DNA from: an uncultured Sphingorhabdus sp.
Lineage (GTDB): Bacteria > Pseudomonadota > Alphaproteobacteria > Sphingomonadales > Sphingomonadaceae
DNA: 64,000 bases
Assembly (NCBI GenBank): GCA_947501885.1
Contig: CANMXN010000003.1
Coordinates: forward strand, 54,946 to 118,945
Direction: 5' to 3'
Below the pieces are notes generated by a model, which was given only the letters and a program-made list of their open reading frames with translations, did no database searches and was not told the origin of the DNA. The position numbers were made by a program, and so were the translations under genes. Shown piece after piece: positions 10,300-20,236 of the stretch (position 1 is the stretch's first letter; every line of letters begins with the position of its first letter).

Positions 10300-11211
10300 A
10301 TGACAGAACAATCAGAAATATTTATCGATCAAACATTGCATTTCACCATTGCATCGCGCGATGTTCGCGGCCGTATTGTAAGGCTAGATAAGGCATTAGA
10401 TGCGATTATTTCAACACATAATTACCCGCCCATCATTGCGAATTTGCTGAGCGAAGCCGTTGCACTGGCTGCTGCAATTGGATCAACGCTTAAAAATGAC
10501 AATGGGCAAATGACAATGCAGGCGCAGAGCAAAAGCGGCGTGATTTCGCTGTTGGTTTGCGATTATAAAGCGGGGGCAATTCGTGGTTATGTTCAATATG
10601 ACGAACAAAAACTAGATGGCCGTGCTGATGATAGCCTCGAAACATTATTTGCGGATGGATATTTGGCGATTACCATCGATCATGACGCTGATGGCCGTTA
10701 TCAAGGAATAGTGCCGCTAGATGGTGATAGCCTTACCCAATCGGTTGAGCATTATTTTGTGCAATCCGAACAATTACCAACCAAGATTATATTTGGCCAT
10801 AAATTGTCAGATGAAAATAATGGTGTGAAGGATTCTATAGCGGCTGTTTTGTTGGTTCAGCATTTGCCCGATGGAGAAGAGGGCAAAGAACGTTTGCATG
10901 TAAGGCTTGATCATCCTGAATGGGAACATGTGAAAATATTGACGCAAAGTATGAGCGCAGAAGAACTGATTGATACTGAAATCCCATTAGAGGAGTTGGT
11001 ATGGCGATTATTTCATGAAGAGACTGTGCATATAGAAAGCGGTACAAAGATAAGCAAAGGATGCCGTTGTAACGAGGCGCATATCCGTGATGTTATAGCC
11101 AAATTTCCTAGTGAAGAGCGTGCCGAGATGGCTGAGAATGGACAAATTGTGGTTGATTGCAAATTTTGTTCTAAAGACTTTATGATTAGTCTAGCGAGTT
11201 TCTCAAATTGA
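10300..11211 (+). CDS. hslO: Hsp33 redox-regulated chaperone
   Basis: YQGIVPL, CRC...CKFC zinc centre; start placed at ATG 10300. Confidence 0.93.
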   Translation: MTEQSEIFIDQTLHFTIASRDVRGRIVRLDKALDAIISTHNYPPIIANLLSEAVALAAAIGSTLKNDNGQMTMQAQSKSGVISLLVCDYKAGAIRGYVQYDEQKLDGRADDSLETLFADGYLAITIDHDADGRYQGIVPLDGDSLTQSVEHYFVQSEQLPTKIIFGHKLSDENNGVKDSIAAVLLVQHLPDGEEGKERLHVRLDHPEWEHVKILTQSMSAEELIDTEIPLEELVWRLFHEETVHIESGTKISKGCRCNEAHIRDVIAKFPSEERAEMAENGQIVVDCKFCSKDFMISLASFSN

Positions 11212-11359
11212 TAGATTAAGAATATTTTATCTTTTGCGCCATAATTCAAGCTCAGTTAATCGACAATATGCCACATTTAGTCGACACAATGGCCATAATC
11301 TGATACTATATAGAATGATATAATATATTTATGAAAAGAAGCATATTTTTGAGGTTGCT

Positions 11360-11779
11360 ATGAAGAAACATTTGAAATCATTATATTTAGCTGCAGCAGC
11401 AGTAGCTGGTTCTGCTTTCATAGTGGCTGTGCCATCGATTGCACAACAAATTGATTCTGAAATATTGTCAACATTAACGCCGGGATTGTGGCAATTTCGA
11501 GATAAGTCCCGCAATGGGGAGCTGGTCGATGCTATCTGCGTTGGTGATGTAAAGCGTATGGTGCAAATCAAAAATAAGAATGATAGCTGTTCTCTCAAGA
11601 TGATCCGTAGCTCGGGTAATAGCGTTACCTATGATTATATGTGCGCTGGCAAAGGCAAAGGACAAACAACGATTCGCAAAGAGACCAATAAATTGGTGCA
11701 GGTCCATTCTCAAGGCATTAGTGGCGGTGAGTTCTTTAACTTTCAGTTAGAAGCACGCCATGCTGGAAGTTGCCGCTGA
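11360..11779 (+). CDS. Secreted protein, DUF3617-like
   Basis: Signal peptide, PGLWQFR, four Cys, terminal EARHAGSC. Confidence 0.6.
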   Translation: MKKHLKSLYLAAAAVAGSAFIVAVPSIAQQIDSEILSTLTPGLWQFRDKSRNGELVDAICVGDVKRMVQIKNKNDSCSLKMIRSSGNSVTYDYMCAGKGKGQTTIRKETNKLVQVHSQGISGGEFFNFQLEARHAGSCR

Positions 11780-11851
11780 TAAAATTATCGGTTGATATAT
11801 TTGCATTATATATTGATTTACAGCAAATTACAGCTTCATTAAGACTTTATT

Positions 11852-11942
11852 TACTATAAGGTCTTTATAGAGGATGGGTATCGTATGATACTTTCCTCCC
11901 TAAAGACTAATATGGGCCGCTTTTAAAGCGGCCTATTTTTTT
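11852..11942 (+). ncRNA. Candidate small RNA of the MmgR/suhB (alpha-r8) type
   Basis: Putative promoter TTTACA-N17-TAAGAC (11817-11845); long hairpin 11861-11907 containing TTTCCTCCCT (11892-11901); GC-rich terminator GGCCGCTT-tta-AAGCGGCC plus T-run. Family assignment is from memory of the conserved decamer. Confidence 0.6.
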
Positions 11943-12706
11943 GATGGGATACGGGTAAAATTACCAATATTGAGCATATTATCGCCATTATTGTTAATTT
12001 GCGCATCTACTCCAAATATTATGTTGAGATTATGTCGCGTTAATGCCTGAGAGGTTGTACCAATGGCATGGATGCAGCCACTATTCATAATGATGATATT
12101 GTCTGCTAATTGCGCTGCTTGCTGCAAATCATGCAGGATAATGATGATAGATTTGCCTTTTTGTCTTAATGTTTTTAGCAATTTGGCCATATCCAATTGA
12201 TGCGCCAAATCAAGATTGGCCATAGGCTCATCGAGTAATATCCATTCTGGTTCACCAGCCAATAGCCGAGCGAATAAAACACGGCTTAATTCACCGCCCG
12301 ATAAATGGGCTGATTTGCGGTCTGCCAAGTGGTGAACATTGACCATAAGCATTGCGTTTTGAATGGCTTTTTCATGGTCATCTTTGTGGCTGTTATGTGG
12401 TATTCGGCCAAGTGCCACAATATGACGCACTGAAATATTCCAATTCACTTCGTTGCGTTGCGGCAAATATCCTATTAATTGCGCGCGTTCCTTCATATCC
12501 ATTGCATGAATATCATTGTCACTAATTTGTATATTTCCTGTATTTATAGCTCGTAATCCTGAAAGAGCTGATAATAATGTTGATTTGCCTGCTCCATTAG
12601 GGCCGATGATTGCGGTTATTTTCCCAGCTTGTACCTGCCCAGAGATATTTGATAATATCTTCTCATGACCAATATGGACGCTGATATCATTGAAATCTAA
12701 ATTCAT
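11933..12706 (-). CDS. btuD: ABC transporter ATP-binding subunit (cobalamin/FecE type)
   Basis: GPNGAGKST, LSGGE, LLDEP; last gene of the B12-riboswitch operon. Confidence 0.85.
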   Translation of the reverse strand: MNLDFNDISVHIGHEKILSNISGQVQAGKITAIIGPNGAGKSTLLSALSGLRAINTGNIQISDNDIHAMDMKERAQLIGYLPQRNEVNWNISVRHIVALGRIPHNSHKDDHEKAIQNAMLMVNVHHLADRKSAHLSGGELSRVLFARLLAGEPEWILLDEPMANLDLAHQLDMAKLLKTLRQKGKSIIIILHDLQQAAQLADNIIIMNSGCIHAIGTTSQALTRHNLNIIFGVDAQINNNGDNMLNIGNFTRIPSKK

Positions 12707-13671
12707 ACAAGCCTCCTGCGCATATGATATAATAGGGCGAGGAAGAAAGGTGCGCCCAGTAGCGACATAGCAATACCAAGGCGCAGCTCGCTTGCCGATG
12801 GAATGATACGAATGATGCTATCGGCGACTAATATCAATATCGCTCCAGCCATTGCTGATGGGATGAGTAAGCTACTAGGTCTTTCATCGGTTAGCGGGCG
12901 CATAAGGTGCGGAACAACAAGACCAACAAAGCCAATAATACCTGTGACAGCGACGGATGCCCCGACGGTAAACCCTATGCCAAGGATAAGTAGATATTGT
13001 AGCAATGCTATATTTACGCCCAGTGATACGGCTACCTCTTGCCCCAATGTAAGGGCATCGAGCATTTTGGCGCTCAGCAATAAAGCGAGCATGCCAATGG
13101 CCACCAAGGGTGCAGTAAAATAGATGTCATTCCAGCTGCGATCGGTGATAGCACCCATGAGCCATGTGATGATTTCGGATGATGCAAAAGGATTGGGCGC
13201 CAGTGATATCAGCAATGCGGTGAGTGATCCTGTGAGGCTGGATAATATAAGCCCAGCCAATGTGAAAATGATTAAACTACCCGAGCGGCCGGCAAGTAGT
13301 GTCAACAGTCCCATGCCCAATGCTGCGCCCAAAAGAGCGAAGATAGGTAATATCCATATACTGGCGCTTAAGCCTAAAAATATTGAGAATATAGCACCTA
13401 GCGCTGCGCTTGAAGATATTCCAAATAGGCCAGGATCGGCGAGGGGGTTACGCAAAAATCCTTGCATTGCGGCTCCCGCCATGCCGAGGGCTGCCCCAAT
13501 GATGATAGCGAGCAAGGTACGCGGGAAACGCAGTTCAAAAATGATAAGAGCATTTTGCTCGCCTGATAAAAATTCAATCGGAGATATCCAGACTTTGCCT
13601 GCGAGCATTGATAATGATGCGGTTAATAATAGTGCAATGGTCAAGAAAGAGAGTAAGATTGATTTTCTCAT
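12703..13671 (-). CDS. btuC: ABC transporter permease, FecCD family
   Basis: LRFPR, RNPLADP, GIIGFVGLVVPH, GAPFF motifs. Confidence 0.85.
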   Translation of the reverse strand: MRKSILLSFLTIALLLTASLSMLAGKVWISPIEFLSGEQNALIIFELRFPRTLLAIIIGAALGMAGAAMQGFLRNPLADPGLFGISSSAALGAIFSIFLGLSASIWILPIFALLGAALGMGLLTLLAGRSGSLIIFTLAGLILSSLTGSLTALLISLAPNPFASSEIITWLMGAITDRSWNDIYFTAPLVAIGMLALLLSAKMLDALTLGQEVAVSLGVNIALLQYLLILGIGFTVGASVAVTGIIGFVGLVVPHLMRPLTDERPSSLLIPSAMAGAILILVADSIIRIIPSASELRLGIAMSLLGAPFFLALLYHMRRRLV

Positions 13672-14504
13672 GGTATAGTCTTTTTATAACTCTTACGGAC
13701 TTCTGACAATCGATCAGCGGCCTTGGCGATGGTTGGTCCTGCACACCAGATCATTGATTGCGGGAAACTGATAATTTTGCTGTCGATATTATCCAAAATA
13801 GGGTGCTGTAATATACGATCTGATCCATTGCCGCCGCGTAATATTATGTCTGGTGGAGCTGCGCTTAACCGTTCGAGACCGATTATATCCCATTGCGAGA
13901 GATTATAGTGATGAGCGATATTTGTAAAACCTGTATGCGCCAGAAGTTCATCGATTAGAGTGCCCTTGCCAGGTACAAGGCCGCCGCCCTGCCAAACAAT
14001 CGTTTTGATCATCTGATTTTCGCTTGCATCACTGCTAGGTTCTGCATTTTTTAGCACTATATCAATCTCGCTATTAAGCGCCTTTCCACGTTCTTGTTTG
14101 CCTATGGCTTCGGCAATATTGCTGATTTGCTCTTGGCTTTCGGCGATGCTGTTGGCGACAGGGTTTTGTAGCACTTTAATATCTAATGTTCGTAAGGCCT
14201 CTAATGTAGAAGCACTCACATGTCCGCCAGCCAGAACTAGACTGGGTTCAAGCGCAATAATTTCTTCTGCGCTTTGCCCTACTGCGGTAAATTTTTGAGC
14301 ATGTTTAATATCAATAGACGATGCGTTAGGGTCGTGTGAATAATGGCTAATGGCACCGATTTGATTGGGGTCCGCCAGCTCGAGCAATATAGCATCTGTG
14401 CAAGGGTTGATGGATATTATTTTGCCTTTATTCGCCTCATCCACCTTGCTGCATCCCGCAATAAGCAGAGTGCAGCAAAATAGAGAGGCAAATTTAGCAA
14501 TCAA
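13668..14504 (-). CDS. btuF: Periplasmic substrate-binding lipoprotein (cobalamin)
   Basis: Lipobox LIAGC, IISINPCTD, EEIIALEPSLV; operon context. Confidence 0.8.
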   Translation of the reverse strand: MIAKFASLFCCTLLIAGCSKVDEANKGKIISINPCTDAILLELADPNQIGAISHYSHDPNASSIDIKHAQKFTAVGQSAEEIIALEPSLVLAGGHVSASTLEALRTLDIKVLQNPVANSIAESQEQISNIAEAIGKQERGKALNSEIDIVLKNAEPSSDASENQMIKTIVWQGGGLVPGKGTLIDELLAHTGFTNIAHHYNLSQWDIIGLERLSAAPPDIILRGGNGSDRILQHPILDNIDSKIISFPQSMIWCAGPTIAKAADRLSEVRKSYKKTIP

Positions 14505-16468
14505 AATTTTGCTCTAATACCGACAAAACCGCCGAAGCCAGGTGTGGCAAAACCAGCAGCCGTTTGATATTGTTCATCAAAGATATTTTCTAAACGGCCA
14601 TAAAGTTCAAAATTATCAGTGATGTCTATGCTCGTACGCAGCGTAAAAAGCGTGTAACCATCAAGTTCCGTATTATTGGCGGCATCGTCAAAACTATCAC
14701 CCACATTGCGAATATCGAAGCCAATACCAACGGCGCGATTCGCTATTTCACCGCTCCAATCTGCGCTAAAGGTGATGGCATGTTCGGGGCGGCGGGCAAG
14801 ATCATTGCCTTCGTTCGCATTGCCAATGGATTGGTTATCTGTATCAACAAAGCTATACACCACGCTGGTTGTGAAAAAATCGGTGATATTCAGACCCAAT
14901 TGGGCATCAATGCCGCGTGCGCGCGTTTCTATAATATTATCAAAAGTACCGAAAGGGCGATCGGTGCAAATACCATCGGTAATGCCAAAACAGGATATGA
15001 AATCAATCTGATTATCGGTATCGCGCTGAAAAGCAGTTAGCTCCCAAAATAATCCACTCGTATTGCGATCGGCTGAACTGATTCCAATTTCATAGCTTTT
15101 GCTTTCTTCGGGGTTGAGCGTCTCATTGCCAAATGCGCTGAGCAATTGGAACAGGCTAGGGGCTTTAAACCCTTCATTATAAGCGGCCTTTAGATTGATG
15201 GTGTCGGTAAGGCTATAGATTGCATTTGCGCCAAATGTGACTTCGGTTCCAAATTGCTCATGGTCATCAAGACGCACGCCGCCCGCAACAATAAGACGGT
15301 CAAAATCAGCAGAGAGATAGCCATAGAGGCTATCGATACCTGATCCTGCGCTCACACCAAATGGACCAGTGGTAAAGGCACTTTCTTCATTTTCAGCGCC
15401 GATATCGAGTGTGAATTGATCGGATAAATCGATATTGGCACGCAGTTCTACGCGCTCGGTGCGACCGCGCGAAAAGAAATCAAAGCTGTTTGGATTTGTC
15501 GGATCAAAATTATCGCGATTATTATCTAATAATGAATAAGCAGCGCTTAAATTGAAACCATTGCCGTTATATTCCAATCCGCCATAGACGGATATTTCCT
15601 GCGTATCTTGAAGTTCATTGGTATCGGCAAAGGTAAAGGCAGGGGCTGGGAAACCATCGATCTCAAGCCGTCCATCGGCAAAACGTCCACGAACTTGTGC
15701 AGTTATATTGTTGGTGATGGATAGATCCACGCGGCCATTGATATAAAATTGTTCAAAACCATCATCTTCTGTTCCGCCATCAAAGCTAGAAAATCCATCA
15801 TTGTTGAAATAACCACTGCTCAGGCCAATGTTGAGCGGCCCAACATTTTGGTTGATGCTTGCGTTAAATATGCGCGTATCATCGCGGCCATATTCGGCGT
15901 TTGCAGTAATGCCATTTTCGTTCGATGATGTGGTGACATTGATAACGCCGCCAATCGCTTGGCTGCCCCAAATGATACTATTTGATCCGCGCAACACTTC
16001 AATTTTGGACAGGCCGCCGCTCAGCAAATTACCAAAATCAAATCCGCCGCCCGGCGATGATGGATCATTAACGCGAACGCCATCGACCAATACTAGCACT
16101 TGCTCGGCCTCTGATCCTCTTATGCGTACGCCCGTAAAACCGCCGATTGGGCCATTGCGCGTCGTAGTGACGCCAGGAACGCGCTCTAAGATCGTGGTAA
16201 TATCTTGGCTCTGGACGCGCTGTATCTCCTCTTCGCCAATGATCGAAATAGCGTGGCCACTATTATTTATCCTTGAATTAGTGCCACTGGCAGTAACCAC
16301 AATATTAGTTTCTTCTATTATATCGGTTAATGCGACTTTCCCATCATCTGTAAGAGTATGTTGTACGGTTCCTACTTCACTCTCTTGCGCAAAAGCTGGA
16401 ACAGACAGTGCGGGTAATGCGCAACTGCCCAATAAAGATAGGAAGCGTATATTTTTATTTTGTAACAT
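14501..16468 (-). CDS. btuB: TonB-dependent cobalamin receptor
   Basis: TonB box IVVTA, plug LVLVDGVR, barrel ending RAKF; B12 riboswitch upstream. Confidence 0.9.
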   Translation of the reverse strand: MLQNKNIRFLSLLGSCALPALSVPAFAQESEVGTVQHTLTDDGKVALTDIIEETNIVVTASGTNSRINNSGHAISIIGEEEIQRVQSQDITTILERVPGVTTTRNGPIGGFTGVRIRGSEAEQVLVLVDGVRVNDPSSPGGGFDFGNLLSGGLSKIEVLRGSNSIIWGSQAIGGVINVTTSSNENGITANAEYGRDDTRIFNASINQNVGPLNIGLSSGYFNNDGFSSFDGGTEDDGFEQFYINGRVDLSITNNITAQVRGRFADGRLEIDGFPAPAFTFADTNELQDTQEISVYGGLEYNGNGFNLSAAYSLLDNNRDNFDPTNPNSFDFFSRGRTERVELRANIDLSDQFTLDIGAENEESAFTTGPFGVSAGSGIDSLYGYLSADFDRLIVAGGVRLDDHEQFGTEVTFGANAIYSLTDTINLKAAYNEGFKAPSLFQLLSAFGNETLNPEESKSYEIGISSADRNTSGLFWELTAFQRDTDNQIDFISCFGITDGICTDRPFGTFDNIIETRARGIDAQLGLNITDFFTTSVVYSFVDTDNQSIGNANEGNDLARRPEHAITFSADWSGEIANRAVGIGFDIRNVGDSFDDAANNTELDGYTLFTLRTSIDITDNFELYGRLENIFDEQYQTAAGFATPGFGGFVGIRAKF

Positions 16469-16616
16469 TTATTTTCCTTCTGTGGGCGCATCCGCCCAAA
16501 ACGTTGTGGCAATATGCCGTCACGCGAAGGATCAATATCTGAGCGCCTCAATGAGAGAGTCAGATTATGACTTCGTCCCTTTGGTGCACCCCGCCCAAGT
16601 GGATAGACAGCCGCAT

Positions 16617-16772
16617 TAGGCAGGTTTCCTGGCTTCCGGATCATCGCTTGCGCATCCTACCTTCCCGAATTTCTTCAGTGGTATAGTGGATGCAAACTCG
16701 CCGGTTACAGTTGCGGGGGCAGCCGAGGATTTGAACCTCATTCCCTATTATTCCCATCTCTGGGCACCTTAT
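16617..16772 (-). promoter_or_regulatory. Cobalamin riboswitch
   Basis: Minus strand reads GGTGCCC...AATAGGGAATGAGG...GCTGCCCCCGCAACTGTAA...CACTG...CGGGAAGG...AGCCAGGAAACCTGCC, the canonical B12-element motifs. Confidence 0.95.
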
Positions 16773-16865
16773 ACGTGCATGCGCTATTATAGGGCGCGCG
16801 TTAGAGCTGCAAGATATTTTCGCAATTAATTGTCAGTGACCAGCAAATCGCATATGGTTTGCGCT

Positions 16866-17789
16866 ATGCCGATTGATACCAATATTTTGCTGCGCGCCTA
16901 TGCAATGGGTGTTTTCCCGATGGCGGATGCCCGTGATGATGATGAGTTATTTTGGGTGGAACCGAAAATGCGTGCGATTATTCCGCTTGATGGTTTGAAT
17001 ATATCTAAATCTTTGCGTAAAAAAATCTGCCAAGATAAGTTTGAAGTAACTTATGACACAGCGTTTGAACAGGTTATTGCGACATGCGCTCAAAGTGCAT
17101 CGGACCGTGAGAATACATGGATTAATGCTGATATTGAGGAGGCATTTATAGAGCTGCACCGTCAAGGCCATGCGCATAGCATAGAATGTTGGCAGGTAAT
17201 TGATGGGAAACATACTCTTGTCGGCGGCCTTTATGGACTAGCATTGGGAAGGGTTTTTTGCGGCGAAAGTATGTTCTCGCGTGTATCAGATGCGTCAAAG
17301 GTTGCACTGGTCTGGCTTGTAGCACGTTTGCGTATTGGCGGGTTTGATCTGCTTGATTGTCAATTTATGACGGACCATTTGGCGACTATGGGTGCAGTTG
17401 AGATACCGCAATCTGAATATCTTATATTATTAGAGCGTGCCTTGGATAGCAGTCATTCTTCATCATCACTGGCATCAGAATCCACCAAATCGTCTAATTC
17501 GATAAACTCTTCTGATTCAATAGGACCTTCTTCGATAGCTTCTTCGGGGGCTGGTTCGGTTTCTAATTCTGGTGTTTCTGGTAATGTTGGCTCTGGCGCA
17601 CTAGACTCTGGTGCACTTGACTCTGCTGATGGGGGTTCTGGGGCAGAAGGCGTACTTGGCCGCGGTCTCGCAGACTGGTTTGGGCTTGATTCGATAATCT
17701 CTTGTGTGCCGGGAAGTGATATATCTTCTTTAGGGGGCGTAGTTTCCCCAGGGAAGAGCATGATGCAGTCTTTTACCCAGACATCATAA
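16866..17789 (+). CDS. aat: Leucyl/phenylalanyl-tRNA--protein transferase with Ser/Gly-rich C-terminal extension
   Basis: AYAMGVFPMA, GHAHSIECW, GESMFSR, DASKVAL, LLDCQF; start placed at ATG 16866. Confidence 0.93.
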   Translation: MPIDTNILLRAYAMGVFPMADARDDDELFWVEPKMRAIIPLDGLNISKSLRKKICQDKFEVTYDTAFEQVIATCAQSASDRENTWINADIEEAFIELHRQGHAHSIECWQVIDGKHTLVGGLYGLALGRVFCGESMFSRVSDASKVALVWLVARLRIGGFDLLDCQFMTDHLATMGAVEIPQSEYLILLERALDSSHSSSSLASESTKSSNSINSSDSIGPSSIASSGAGSVSNSGVSGNVGSGALDSGALDSADGGSGAEGVLGRGLADWFGLDSIISCVPGSDISSLGGVVSPGKSMMQSFTQTS

Positions 17790-18325
17790 ATAGGGTGTTC
17801 CACAACATTTTGTGCGGGGTTATTTTTGTGTAACCAGCCTGAAAAAACTTTGCGCCATATTTCGCTATCATTGGTCCCTGGTGGTCGTTCTTTGACAAAT
17901 AATTGTGTAAAAGCACCTATATCAGGGTAAGTTTCCCAAGGCGCTGTGCGCTCGCAAGCTTGGACCTTAACCACAACATTACCGAAGCGAATGGATTTGT
18001 CGGGGTTAAGCTCAAATGTTCTGCTTTCTCCCGTTCTTTTGTTAAGCAAGGCCATAATAGCGACACGCTCTAACATAGGGGTAGCACCTTGATCATTGGC
18101 CGCAACGCTGCGATTGCCGCTTCCGCTAGCAATTTGATCAGGGCTGGTTTCAACCACCGCTTCTTCTTTTTCTTCGCTCTTAGGTGATTTATCACATGCG
18201 ATAAGAGATAGAGATATGCAGGCCGTGAATGCAAATTTTACTATAGTTTTAGATAAGTAATAGGAAGCTGTTGTGCTGCTTTTTAGAGTATCTGCTGGTA
18301 ATATATTTGTTTCGTTATCGAACAT
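17453..18325 (-). CDS. DUF2155-domain lipoprotein with Pro/Glu-rich tail
   Basis: Lipobox LIAC, RVAIMALLNK, ACERTAPWE, FSGWL, EHPIYDVWVKDC. Confidence 0.75.
   Translation of the reverse strand: MFDNETNILPADTLKSSTTASYYLSKTIVKFAFTACISLSLIACDKSPKSEEKEEAVVETSPDQIASGSGNRSVAANDQGATPMLERVAIMALLNKRTGESRTFELNPDKSIRFGNVVVKVQACERTAPWETYPDIGAFTQLFVKERPPGTNDSEIWRKVFSGWLHKNNPAQNVVEHPIYDVWVKDCIMLFPGETTPPKEDISLPGTQEIIESSPNQSARPRPSTPSAPEPPSAESSAPESSAPEPTLPETPELETEPAPEEAIEEGPIESEEFIELDDLVDSDASDDEE
17591..17650. repeat. Degenerate 15-bp tandem repeat (4 units) inside the aat/DUF2155 overlap
   Basis: ctctggcgcactaga / ctctggtgcacttga / ctctgctgatggggg / ttctggggcagaagg. Confidence 0.75.
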
Positions 18326-18708
18326 TATGCTTCAGGCGACCATGATTCATAATCACCCGTTGCACCAGCACGCTTGCCACCTTTTTCGAGAGCACCAGAT
18401 GGACGGTAAGCTTGTGGTGTCCCAGTTAAGTTGCCAGTAGCTTCTTTTTCCCAATCACGTTTTGGGGGCAGGGTTTCGCTGGGTAGGCCTTCATATGTAC
18501 CATGTAACCACCCATGCCACTCTGGGGGAACGCGGCTAGCATCATTACTGCCATTATATATCACCCATCGTTTACCCGTTTTCTTGGCTGTAAAATAACG
18601 GTTGCCGAAATCATCTTCGCCAACGCATGTGCCATTTCTAGCGCTAAATAAAGTGGTGCCTATTGTGGCACCATCCCACCAAGTGAATATGGATCCTAAT
18701 ATGCTCAT
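18325..18708 (-). CDS. NDUFA12 (complex I 17.2-kDa subunit) family protein
   Basis: VGEDDFGNRYF, RWVIY, SRVPPEWHGWLH, NLTGT motifs. Confidence 0.9.
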   Translation of the reverse strand: MSILGSIFTWWDGATIGTTLFSARNGTCVGEDDFGNRYFTAKKTGKRWVIYNGSNDASRVPPEWHGWLHGTYEGLPSETLPPKRDWEKEATGNLTGTPQAYRPSGALEKGGKRAGATGDYESWSPEA

Positions 18709-18802
18709 GCCATCCAATTAAAAGCTAGTGGCGCATTTCGCAATGAAAAACGGTATAATTAGTCTACATTGTTGTGAAGTTTTGCAAAATGTGCAGATAA
18801 AA

Positions 18803-19351
18803 TCATTTCCAGCGGATAATATCACCTTTTTTAATACCCAATTCTTTGGTCAAACCAGCACGAACCTCTAATACTGCAATGGCAGGATTGATAGATGAAA
18901 CTGAATCGAGTGAATAAGGTACTGTGTCACGGGCAATATTGGCAATGGTGCCATCTGGATTGATAAAGATAATATCGAGAGAGATGACCGTATTTTTCAT
19001 CCAAAAGCTTAATATCTGTGGGGCTTGATATGGAAAAATCATCCCTTTGTCATCGTCAAGATTGGTTCGAAACATTAGACCGCGTGATTGTTCAGCGGGT
19101 GTAGTTGCGACTTCGACATCAAAAGATTGTGTCGATTTTATCGAATCACCCTCTTTGATATCAATGCATAGCTGGACGATATCCAAACCTGCATCGCTTT
19201 TCCCTAATTCGCTTCCAGCGGTGCAGTTCACTGTTTTCGTGGTGATGTTGGTATTGGCTGCGCCATCTGCGGAGCATGCAGCCAATGCAATGGAAGCACT
19301 GAATATTAAAGCAATATATTTGATAGTAATATTATGAGAAAAAATTTTCAT
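18803..19351 (-). CDS. DUF192-family lipoprotein
   Basis: EVATT, GLMFR, GMIFPY, FWMKNT, LDIIFI, VLEV motifs. Confidence 0.9.
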   Translation of the reverse strand: MKIFSHNITIKYIALIFSASIALAACSADGAANTNITTKTVNCTAGSELGKSDAGLDIVQLCIDIKEGDSIKSTQSFDVEVATTPAEQSRGLMFRTNLDDDKGMIFPYQAPQILSFWMKNTVISLDIIFINPDGTIANIARDTVPYSLDSVSSINPAIAVLEVRAGLTKELGIKKGDIIRWK

Positions 19352-19365
19352 AATATATTACTATA

Positions 19366-19944
19366 TTAATCATTATCACTTGGCAATAAACGCACCGCAG
19401 TGGCGAGAGGACCTTTGCCTTTGTCTTCATATTGCACTTGGAGTTGGAAATTTTCTTGTGTTACAATAATGCCAGCTTCGCGCAGTGTTTCCATATGAAT
19501 AAATATGTCAGATTCACAATCTTCATTCACTAAGAAACCATAGCCTTTGACACGGCTGAACCATTTAAGATCGGCTATGATAAAATCTTCATCATCTGAA
19601 AATGGTGGAAGCAATTTATCATTGGAAATATTATTATTCCAATTATCGTTGAACGCATCATCCATATCAACATCGATGATTTCGATAACATGAAGACCCT
19701 TGGTCCCTTTGGCAGAGATATAACTCACGCCGCATCCTTCGGGTAGATCTCTACGTCCTATGGTTTCAATCACAGAGCTGTGTATTAATATGTCTTCATC
19801 GCCCTTATCAGGTATAATGAAGCCAAAGCCTCTTTTACGGTCAAACCATTTGACAATACCGTCTTCGACTAGTTGCGGTTTTGCATCGCAACTATCCAAT
19901 TCAACATTATCATTCATTTTTGACTGCGCACTATTATCTTGCAT
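19366..19944 (-). CDS. Tandem cold-shock-domain protein
   Basis: [13 protein letters not shown]...ILIHSS and [13 protein letters not shown]...IFIH. Confidence 0.9.
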   Translation of the reverse strand: MQDNSAQSKMNDNVELDSCDAKPQLVEDGIVKWFDRKRGFGFIIPDKGDEDILIHSSVIETIGRRDLPEGCGVSYISAKGTKGLHVIEIIDVDMDDAFNDNWNNNISNDKLLPPFSDDEDFIIADLKWFSRVKGYGFLVNEDCESDIFIHMETLREAGIIVTQENFQLQVQYEDKGKGPLATAVRLLPSDND

Positions 19945-20236
19945 TACATTTAATTTTCGTACTAATTATTACTTACCATACTGATATCATTGCAATATTC
20001 AGTACATTTAATTTTTATCCACAAAAACTAATTTGCGATAAACCCTTAACCCCCCCAAAATAACATCCTTAGCATAAACTTCGAATGACTATACGAATCA
20101 AAAGTACATTTTGAGCTACAATATAGAGAGATAATTTACAATTTAATTATCTGCCGATGATAGCTAGTTTACGCTAATTTTTATTATAATTATAATTGAG
20201 AGACAATGTTTTAAGAAGAGATTCTAAGAAGTTATT

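Noticed and set aside
8174-11211. hslO co-transcribed with arginine genes
   Set aside because: As I recall, a common alphaproteobacterial gene order, so not novel
15828-16619. 263-aa plus-strand ORF
   Set aside because: Antisense to btuB and its leader; typical shadow frame
19945-20236. Searched for a tRNA or sRNA next to the cold-shock gene
   Set aside because: AT-rich, with no cloverleaf, T-loop motif or terminator found
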